From assembly GCA_038062835.1 (NCBI GenBank), contig JBBTWH010000033.1, positions 1 to 54,781 on the forward strand: 54,781 nt of DNA, given 5' to 3'. The stretch's first letter is position 1. Each line of letters begins with the position of its first letter. The DNA is from Patescibacteria group bacterium. GTDB lineage: Bacteria > Patescibacteriota > Patescibacteriia > SG8-24 > DYFX01. Below are positions 45,301-49,165 of this stretch, in pieces. Under the pieces are notes generated by a model. The model did no database searches. It was given only the letters and a program-made list of their open reading frames with translations, and had not been told where the DNA came from. Made by a program: the position numbers and the translations under genes.

Positions 45301-45946
45301 TGTCGTTCTCGACGACGGGTTCGTAGTCGACGGCCGTGCGCGAAGAACCCGCGATCTTCTCGAGCCGCAGGTTGGCGCGGATGTTGGCCGTGTCGCCCGT
45401 CGGGGCGCCGCTGAACGTGACTGCGGAGAAGACGTCGTACTTGGCGAGCGAGCCGCTCGGCTGGATGGCCGTCGGCCGGAAGGCGCCGCCGGAACCTCCG
45501 AAGCCGCCTCCTCCTCCACCACCACCTCCGTCGCCTCCGTCGCCCTGGCCGACCGTCGCGCCGACGAGCGAAGCGATGATGAACGACGTGACTGCGAACG
45601 CGGACATCATGATCACGAGACCGATCACGGCGGATGCCAGCGTCTTCTTGGCGCTCGTGATCTTCGCGTCATCCCCAGCCGCAGTCATCCAAAGGAAGCC
45701 TGCGTACAGGATGAGGAGGAGCGCGATCGTGCCAAGCAGGCCGAAAGCGACGCGGATGACGCGCGCGATCGTGATGCGGATGTCCTGGGTGCCGGTGCCG
45801 ATCGTCTGTCCGACCTGCTCAGGCAGGAGCTCGTTCGACGACACGCCCTGCGCCAATGCCGCGTGATGCGACGCGAACCACAAGCCCGGCACGAGAAGCG
45901 CCAGGGCGAGGATCAGGGAACGATGTCGGCGGAAGAACTCCCTCAT
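36338..45946 (-). CDS. Giant (3,202 aa) membrane-anchored multidomain surface protein / putative adhesin
   Basis: Uninterrupted ORF with recognizable modules along its whole length (see the sub-features that follow). One-nt spacing (TAGTATG) to the upstream paralogue. Confidence 0.9.
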   Translation of the reverse strand: MREFFRRHRSLILALALLVPGLWFASHHAALAQGVSSNELLPEQVGQTIGTGTQDIRITIARVIRVAFGLLGTIALLLILYAGFLWMTAAGDDAKITSAKKTLASAVIGLVIMMSAFAVTSFIIASLVGATVGQGDGGDGGGGGGGGGFGGSGGAFRPTAIQPSGSLAKYDVFSAVTFSGAPTGDTANIRANLRLEKIAGSSRTAVDYEPVVENDTIRLRPVAICPEPNADRRCLEPNSDYQITVSAGLKNASGANTVTCGLGAVCTRSFRTGDAVTTEPPTIAISSPTDGQSVPAGESVPIQALLTDENGIAAVEYSADGAFFSADGNAQPIAPSAYSSQTVLDTTPYVPVKTVTLRARGINIDGDEAVSANVRVTVRPQHCFNAVKDGDEAAVDCGGSCGACTGGTCADNAQCVSGQCVSGRCAESPQITDVQLRDGKPGNLVTITGVRFGALAGKVVFVGTADAADDKEADLAACAGSWSGGRVVVAVPEGAVTGPVEITVSGGKKDATNDAYGPIITDFQVNDAARPGICGISPSSIKTGQALRVTGRAFGAVQAGSRVQFARAGADCSQIQDWSQAAEAATVSPWAETALSPTVPNVETGASGANYLVRVVVGGQSSNTGCIRAEPPEAGTEPRIDFLTPEDGSVGTYMTVFGANFGSGGTVRFKNAAGEAVGDISFPAQCAAGYWTDASVTIKIPSRFTTPANAAMTLGAYDVTVARSDGRVSNARSFTLNTDPLPPGICRVDPDNGPAGTAVSLYGAGFGEIGSTDLPAFMTLHPDAVRFSVDANAASVGQWRSSDVAAIVPEGAVTGPARVRVFGASGPLDSNGVNFMVRDCREAGGDPVCGSGRSCCDDGACRSSCGAAAAAGGFAWQFSTGPIPVFPVVIENATCQVSPPSTMPSPNPFKGATDVCTDIGAMTVRFSLPMDAATLNTNNVELESCGSGPAVASDCAPVAGVGAPQVLAYDAEGRSMLMLPIGGLAQGTWFRLTIRDQVRSIGTVERAAQQLDGDFDARGGGAYVTAFKTGAGPCAIAGLNVEPANALIAGADETEAYAAFPLSARCVILSCEGRAVSWTSSDAAKATVADFGGARRCEAVATPVSETDPGPPIEIRSTVDGFNDAGRLTIDYANPRVVDYGPRECDQACVNTVAFAYFNTPMRTDGSGSVLSNVKMRRCRNESCLAYEGEVLVAPRYNAPARLLTFDNPGLAPNAFYRVSVLASALSTSDAPLTGLNFENAAFSWTFRTRQSANPCGPQKIQIEPTQTTLRYIGAVAQISALPRSSPDACAANGQILASSSFNWGWTKAQAPADPISFRYLPNVPPGALLNTNPALPAGCSSSCVMTGSKPPGTPKCGNGIIETGEACDTPNLNGCNSSCLRTGNTQANGCGDGTVQADRGEECDAAAENGAADSGCTAACLLTGSSPGLSSCGNGSVGVGEACDDGDTDGGDGCGSSCTLDGSSQDAYVCGNGVLEPGEQCDYELGAAGLGTSLLILGRAPIALGAGDEQNPTRPGFACGPSCLLRGNTATCASGADCCGNGAIDFAKGEGCDAGAANGDPASGCSSNCTKTGSNPALRAYCGDMNINVKPADPLTSAQNGGGEECEAGSLDADIDPLQVVEALNQCDARNSCAASVTASIGSVSGKGGVSVECACRNDSDCSAFGAGLSCGAGACCYRRPDKPDIDPKGGNECRNALVTVTFGEEMNVGSLQGGIIVESCAGLAARSEDGNWLSRALAAAGRFLRSLVGASAAAQAVCSPVEGSFRHAVDVGPAGNRTVSKFAPKQLYDENRTYRVTVRGGVTGAKTVKGVGYPDGDDTTQVFTTGAEICDFDVVEVDPATELIQTADAPLPISATAMTNRAGQLEAIAPIAGVYDWTWSWTTVPEAAPPGSLLTLTAASDPSATVRASKELNGREQVVASARITTDIILTPPTVGKEKAGISSITVMLCEQPWPRRDPATGAWRPYVDPATHFEFFYCRDNAGAALPELLAAPVQGQSGSGASILRFCRTTRDGEQPKSCFSDADCGAADQCLSKDMFFRFDPVWKLSDVIGVRAYDDPNRLTPQEWYEAQNFSGKTQPSTVDGYMAIQADRTTYVGAVDKYGDPELRSYMYVFAYNENADARTAEIFNRLVKNVRFNTNLVPSDRVTDVCKTPDGQIARAGGAETPPTVCSSDLDCFAAFQAPPAGLTCDSDKDKIRRDMRRWQDMREIESALESARADSGSYPEIGSGSFIRGFTTSSWPSWSRLLGAAGEIVDPLNRFNRCESFGSECVVSRKACAADGDCEGGTGDVCRVKFESATCYDDRASVFACPAASHVYQYRAIGGDDYRMNVGLEYTAYPWTQSDCSAKSNESFCEAAVGCSWFPTGPGTGACETRISTVSSCSGLFTDGANKCLATGVACSESSTCAPEDACVPRNVPLFGPAAAAVCGNGLLEGSETCEIGATQTVACGAGQGSRREACNDACTGWNIVQACPGASACGNGSLETFAGETCDDGSQTGQYGRCRSGGFGCVERCVNIAKRSSFSLGDLGPVCNTNAECGPSRVCTDRMNFCGDGVKNGPELCDDGAQNGQYGKCAWDCRGAGPRCGDAETNGGELCDGNRQAASGVCIDAASILSDGATISGSAQACARDADCGAGKKCALCAATAGGLPQTRAKSCFPATARVGQACTFDDWSSCKPSGACGNGKVEGAEQCDAGTANSTTGECLPTCKRNVCNDGFVRAGVEQCDNGAANGVLCLPKYGLTCNYCDNACAVKTLTGGFCGDQVFQNAVASPPGPEQCDKDQGLANSFVCVSTKPEHQSFGRITGFVACTIGSCQQGCVDSESRICDNAQGTANSDRYGGADEACPAGSAECAASPYRSVCPTGGSVASCQISASGDPRYDEQPPASSAVVLKNACDPDDDNDGVPDEFDCGPTNPAMHAAYKYPSDGSKIDIPAHPETCDAYDNDCNGTINDNPNLHTKVDMVFAVDISGSMQGYIDGISDAISRFVGNYAGTDHRFGLVVFGQSTGSPLQTAGPQGRVVIDLTGVAAFQTAFSSLLANGGGNEPMYDSVYELASSANKYGINWSDDGHPYIVVVTDEPPRCGNPISGPAYHCLTSDDSHWKDESTVFDKVNACEISGCGGDPGFRVETFVIAPTAHYGKWDSIVYGDQPGRFIEIAPDGAPGSSDYYYGKLQATTFANVCTIGRSASPGTGPAL
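36497..37051 (-). other. Domain: C-terminal von Willebrand factor A (vWA) domain with MIDAS motif (aa ~2966-3150)
   Basis: VDMVFAVDISGSMQ (DxSxS), ...GGGNEP..., IVVVTDEP. Preceded by CDPDDDNDGVPDEFDC and ETCDAYDNDCNG metal-binding-like motifs. Confidence 0.75.
37577..38653 (-). other. Domain block: cysteine-rich repeats, cluster 2 (aa ~2432-2790)
   Basis: CGNGLLEGSETCE, CGNGSLETFAGETCDDGSQTGQYGRC, CGDGVKNGPELCDDGAQNGQYGKC, CGDAETNGGELCDG, CGNGKVEGAEQCDAG, CNDGFVRAGVEQCDNG, CGDQV..PEQCDKD. Confidence 0.65.
38957..39361 (-). other. Domain: type IV pilin globular-head-like region without N-terminal hydrophobic helix (aa ~2196-2330)
   Basis: DKIRRDMRRWQDMREIESALESARADSGSYP ... GEIVDPLN ... HVYQYRAIGGDDYRMNVGLEY parallels the RDakR.sDl..i..ALelY..dnGsYP ... 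DP.n ... Y.Y....y.L.a.LE layout of Gram-positive/CPR-type pilins. Confidence 0.5.
41117..41878 (-). other. Domain block: cysteine-rich repeats, cluster 1 (aa ~1357-1610)
   Basis: At least 6 units of CGNG/CGDG-x(5-9)-GE.CD-x(6-12)-C-x3-C (e.g. CGNGIIETGEACDTPNLNGCNSSC), like the myxococcal cysteine-rich repeat (DUF4215-type). Confidence 0.65.
43427..44665 (-). other. Domain block: four IPT/TIG-like Ig-fold repeats (aa ~428-840)
   Basis: Repeated P.I..v.P..G..G..vtI.G..FG pattern (e.g. SPQITDVQLRDGKPGNLVTITGVRFG; EPRIDFLTPEDGSVGTYMTVFGANFG; PPGICRVDPDNGPAGTAVSLYGAGFG). Confidence 0.65.
45479..45550 (-). repeat. Low-complexity poly-Gly linker (GQGDGGDGGGGGGGGGFGGSGG)
   Basis: The CCNCC-rich run on the plus strand translates to a ~24-aa Gly tract separating the membrane module from the ectodomain. 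Confidence 0.9.
45557..45946 (-). other. Domain: signal peptide + two-TM TrbC/VirB2-type (T4SS-pilin-like) module, aa 1-130 of the giant protein
   Basis: LLPEQVGQTIGTGTQDIRITIARVIRVAFGLLGTIALLLILYAGFLWMTAAGDDAKITSAKKTLASAVIGLVIMMSAFAVTSF: hairpin of two hydrophobic helices preceded by a cleavable signal. Recognized from memory of the T4SS_pilin family. Confidence 0.6.
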
Positions 45947-45947
45947 A

Positions 45948-47729
45948 CTATCGGATGAACCCGCAGGCCGTCAGAGAAGGCGTGCCGTTGCAGCAATACG
46001 GTTCGGTACCGGTGCAGACCGTCTGCCCGGCGCCAGGGAAGAAGCAGTTCTGTCGCAGATCGCGGAGGCCCGACGTCAGGTGCGCGGCGTACGGTTGGTT
46101 GACGGAAAGCAGGTCGTGGCGGATGAGGGCCTGGCCCTGATCCGGTTCTCCTCCGGCGACCGACGAGACGGTGCCGCCCTCGACCCAGTAGTTGGTCGGC
46201 GCTCCGTCCGGTCCCGGTACGAGGCGGACGCTCGAGGTCGACATGCTGGTGAAGCTCATCAGCTTCGAGAAGGTGGCCTTCATGCCCAGGTCGCGCGGGA
46301 TATTGCCCTGGAGCGTCGCCGGATCCTGCGAAACCACCTTCGGCGGCACGAGATCGATCCGGTTCGATGTGTCGAAATCATAGGCATAGTCGTCGCCTGT
46401 CGGACCCTCGGCTGCGCCGTCGCCGTCGCCGTCGAGCGAGTTGCCGGCCATGTCGGTCACGCCGTTGGGCGGGAAGATGCCGGTAGGAGGCGTGACGGTC
46501 AGCCCGTCGGACTTCACGCGCACGCCGACGCGCTGATTGCCGGGCAGGCAGTAGACCTTTTCGCCGCATGAGTTCGTGCCGCAAAGCTCGTCCGTGCGGA
46601 ACTCGACGCTGCGATACGAATTGCCGACGGCCTGCACGCCCTGGATGACGGCGCCTGCTCCGCGCGTCACGCTCATGCCGGAGGCGACGCTGACCGGATC
46701 GACCGCTTCGTTGAACGTCACCTGGACGAGCGAGTTGCGTGGCACGGCTTGGTCGCCGTCGGCCGGGACGGCGTAATCGACGCGCGGCGGCGTCAGGTCC
46801 AGCACGGTCGAGACCTGGAACTCCCAGAGGTAGCCGGAGTTGAACGTGCCGCCGAAGGCCGCCGATCCGCCCGTTTTTTTCACGCCGTCCGATCCGCCGC
46901 GGAGCGCGACGGTGTAGAAGACGTTCTCGGAGGGGCTGCCGAAGCAGTCGGTCGGGCAGTTCTTCTGGATGAAGGCGAAGGTGCGGTTGTCAGGCGTCGC
47001 CACGACCTCGATGGCGTCGCTCACGAGGCTCTGGGCGAACTTCTCGGCGAACTGATTGGAAGTTCCGACGACCTGCGAAGAGCGAAGGATAGCCGCGGTC
47101 GGCGCAGTCCCGCCCAGCACGATGGATGCCGGATCGATGGCTTCCTTGAACGTGACGACGACACGCGTGTTGCGGGCGATGCCCGTGGCGTTGCGTGTCG
47201 GGAAGTGGCCCTCGATGATGCCGTTGCCCAGGGCTCCGGCGGGGCAGGTGGAAGAGAGGCCGATGCAGGCGCGGTCGTCGGGAGCGCTTGACGAGGACCC
47301 GCCCCCTCCAAAACCGGTGCCGGCTTCAAGCAGGCGGCTGATGACGAACGACGTGATGCCGAAGGCCGACAGCAGGATGACGAGGCCGACGATGGCCGAG
47401 ATCAGGGTTTTCTTGGCACGATCGACTTTATCGACTTCCCCGGCGGCGGTCATCCAAAGGAAGCCCGCGTAGAGGATGATGAGGACGGCGATGACGCCCA
47501 GGAAACCGAAGGCCGCGCGGATGAGGCGGGCGATGATTATGCGGATATCTTCCGTGCCGGTCCCGATGACTTCTCCGACCTCTTGCGGCAAGAGCTCATC
47601 GGACGTGACGTCCTGCGCGCGTACGGCGGTCGGAAGGGCCGTATACGCAAAAACCGCCAACACGAAAGTCAGGACCGTGAAAGCGGTTATCGCGAGCGTT
47701 CGGGCTGATAGCTTCCTTCCTGAGAGCAT
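45948..47729 (-). CDS. 593-aa membrane-anchored surface protein: T4SS-pilin-like N-terminus (paralogue of the giant protein N-terminus) + SbsA/Big_5-like Ig domains
   Basis: N-terminal 130 aa are ~70% identical to the giant protein N-terminus. Then a G/S linker and repeats of the P....v.v.F.eavdp.sv type. Confidence 0.8.
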   Translation of the reverse strand: MLSGRKLSARTLAITAFTVLTFVLAVFAYTALPTAVRAQDVTSDELLPQEVGEVIGTGTEDIRIIIARLIRAAFGFLGVIAVLIILYAGFLWMTAAGEVDKVDRAKKTLISAIVGLVILLSAFGITSFVISRLLEAGTGFGGGGSSSSAPDDRACIGLSSTCPAGALGNGIIEGHFPTRNATGIARNTRVVVTFKEAIDPASIVLGGTAPTAAILRSSQVVGTSNQFAEKFAQSLVSDAIEVVATPDNRTFAFIQKNCPTDCFGSPSENVFYTVALRGGSDGVKKTGGSAAFGGTFNSGYLWEFQVSTVLDLTPPRVDYAVPADGDQAVPRNSLVQVTFNEAVDPVSVASGMSVTRGAGAVIQGVQAVGNSYRSVEFRTDELCGTNSCGEKVYCLPGNQRVGVRVKSDGLTVTPPTGIFPPNGVTDMAGNSLDGDGDGAAEGPTGDDYAYDFDTSNRIDLVPPKVVSQDPATLQGNIPRDLGMKATFSKLMSFTSMSTSSVRLVPGPDGAPTNYWVEGGTVSSVAGGEPDQGQALIRHDLLSVNQPYAAHLTSGLRDLRQNCFFPGAGQTVCTGTEPYCCNGTPSLTACGFIR

Positions 47730-47755
47730 GGAACAGGAGGGTAGTGATCCCGGAA

Positions 47756-48211
47756 CTAATTTTTGTTTTGCAGGAACTCTTTGACCGCTTTACCGACCGT
47801 TCCTCCGTCCGCCTTGCCTTTCAGGTCCTTCATGACCTCTCCCATCAGTCTACCATACGCGGCTTCTCCAGAGAGGCCCAGCTCAGCGGCCTTGGCGGCG
47901 ACCGCCGAGAGGACTTCCGCTTCGGAGAGCTGCGCGGGCAGGAAGCCTGACAAGAGAGCGAGTTCGGCTTCGGTCTTTTCCTTGAGCTCGGTCCGTCCGG
48001 CCTTCTCGAAGTCGGCCAGGGCGTCCTTGAGCTTCTTGACTTCCCTGCCGACGACTTCGATGACCTGGTCGTCGGAGAGCTGGGCGATCTGCTTGTCGAT
48101 TTCGGCGTTCTTGAACGCCGCGCGGAGCATGCGGTAGGTCGAGACCTTGTCGGCCTCCTTGGCCTTCATCGCCTCGATGAACTTCGCTTCGATGTCGGTT
48201 CGGAGTGACAT
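47756..48211 (-). CDS. yqeY: GatB/YqeY domain protein
   Basis: 151 aa. IEAKFIEAMKAKEADKVSTYRMLRAAFKNAEID is a typical YqeY N-terminus. Downstream of rpsU as in many bacteria. Confidence 0.85.
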   Translation of the reverse strand: MSLRTDIEAKFIEAMKAKEADKVSTYRMLRAAFKNAEIDKQIAQLSDDQVIEVVGREVKKLKDALADFEKAGRTELKEKTEAELALLSGFLPAQLSEAEVLSAVAAKAAELGLSGEAAYGRLMGEVMKDLKGKADGGTVGKAVKEFLQNKN

Positions 48212-48221
48212 GGCGTTTCGA

Positions 48222-48476
48222 TTAACCGCGGTAGCTCTTACGCTTGCGACCGAAATCCTCTTCCTTCATCTTGCCGCTCTTCAGCATGTATTCGCGGCGG
48301 GCCGAGAGGTATTCGCGGCGGAGCGCCGCGGAGCGGAGCGAGTTCTTGTTCTCTTCGCCCTTGTGGAAGCGGACCTTCTTGGCCTGGAGGACGCGGCCGC
48401 TTTGCTGAATACGTCGGCTAAAGCGACGGAGCAGAGCTTCGAAACTCTCGCCTTTCTTACGTTTGACTTCAACCAT
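48222..48476 (-). CDS. rpsU: 30S ribosomal protein S21
   Basis: 84 aa. VEVKRKKGESFEALLRRFSRRIQQSGRVLQAKKVRFHKGE is typical S21. SD AAAGGAGAG upstream. Confidence 0.9.
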   Translation of the reverse strand: MVEVKRKKGESFEALLRRFSRRIQQSGRVLQAKKVRFHKGEENKNSLRSAALRREYLSARREYMLKSGKMKEEDFGRKRKSYRG

Positions 48477-48529
48477 AACGATTCACTCTCCTTTCTACTA
48501 AAAATAGAGAGACTGAGGTCTCAGGAGGG

Positions 48530-48558
48530 AGGATAACAAAGGTACGTAATAAGGTCAA
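48530..48558 (-). promoter_or_regulatory. Candidate promoter of the rpsU-yqeY-surface module operon
   Basis: Minus strand TTGACC (48558-48553), 17 nt, TATCCT (48535-48530). Confidence 0.5.
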
Positions 48559-48564
48559 CTATAG

Positions 48565-48588
48565 CAAAAACCCGCCATGATGGCGGGT
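48565..48588 (-). terminator. Intrinsic terminator after the 48597-48917 gene
   Basis: Palindrome ACCCGCCAT-G-ATGGCGGGT (48570-48588); on the minus strand it is followed by TTTTTGC. Confidence 0.75.
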
Positions 48589-48596
48589 CGGCGGAG

Positions 48597-48917
48597 TCAC
48601 TCGGCGTAGAGGTAGTATTCGACGCTTTCCGCGTCGTCGCTCATGTTCTCGAAGTCGGGACAGGCCGAGACTCTGTAGCCTGCAGCGGCGAAGGCAGGCT
48701 CCAGGTGGTCCCCCATCGGGAACCGCTTGGAACGCTCCACATCGATCGGTGGCGTCCTGAGGGCGGTCACTTCATACTTGGCCACCCACTTCTCCCCTTC
48801 TTCCGGAAGGACGAGGACGCACCGCTCCCCTTCGCGGAAATATCCTTGCTCGCGAAGGCAATCAACGGCCTGCTCCGCCGCTCGCTCGCGGCCCTCCAGA
48901 CGTTCGCCCTTGCTCAT
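48597..48917 (-). CDS. Hypothetical small protein (106 aa; start trimmed to the SD-preceded ATG)
   Basis: GAGGAG lies 6 nt before the ATG at 48917. The longer track ORF would start inside the predicted promoter. No motif recognized. Confidence 0.5.
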   Translation of the reverse strand: MSKGERLEGRERAAEQAVDCLREQGYFREGERCVLVLPEEGEKWVAKYEVTALRTPPIDVERSKRFPMGDHLEPAFAAAGYRVSACPDFENMSDDAESVEYYLYAE

Positions 48918-48966
48918 GCGCTTCTCCTCTTCTGCGGACGGCCCCGCACCGAATTCAGGACGTTCA

Positions 48967-48995
48967 ATCATACGGCAATTCAAGCGTTACGTCAA
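48967..48995 (-). promoter_or_regulatory. Sigma70-type promoter of the 48917 gene
   Basis: Minus strand TTGACG (48995-48990), 17 nt, TATGAT (48972-48967). Confidence 0.55.
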
Positions 48996-49070
48996 TGCTT
49001 AGGAGGATAGCATACGAGAAGAAAACCCCGCTACGAAGCAGGGTTTACATGCTTGCCTGTCCCTTTGGTG

Positions 49071-49094
49071 CCAGGCACCGGACCAGGCACCGGA
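49071..49094. repeat. Perfect 12-nt tandem direct repeat (2 copies) in an intergenic region
   Basis: CCAGGCACCGGA CCAGGCACCGGA. The first copy also forms the palindrome GGTGCC-A-GGCACC (49067-49079). Confidence 0.9.
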
Positions 49095-49132
49095 CTAAGG
49101 TCAACCAGACGGAAAAGGATGGCACAGGATAA

Positions 49133-49162
49133 CAAAAACCCCGCCTCGTGGCGGGGTTTTTG
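49133..49162. terminator. Bidirectional intrinsic terminator after the 49166-52369 gene
   Basis: Perfect 11-bp stem AAAACCCCGCC (49135-49145) / GGCGGGGTTTT (49150-49160) with loop TCGT. Confidence 0.85.
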
Positions 49163-49165
49163 GTC

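Noticed and set aside
45479-45550. GGC/CCN-rich simple-sequence tract that might be a slipped-strand phase-variation repeat
   Set aside because: The tract is not a pure homopolymer or short tandem repeat at the nucleotide level; the Gly codons are mixed. It is more simply explained as a flexible poly-Gly linker, and the paralogue has an analogous G/S linker.
48918-48983. N-terminal 22 codons of the 48597-48983 ORF (TTG start at 48983, ATG at 48971)
   Set aside because: The TTG lies in the spacer and the first ATG lies inside the -10 hexamer of a good TTGACG-17-TATGAT promoter. The ATG at 48917 has a proper GAGGAG SD at 6-nt spacing.
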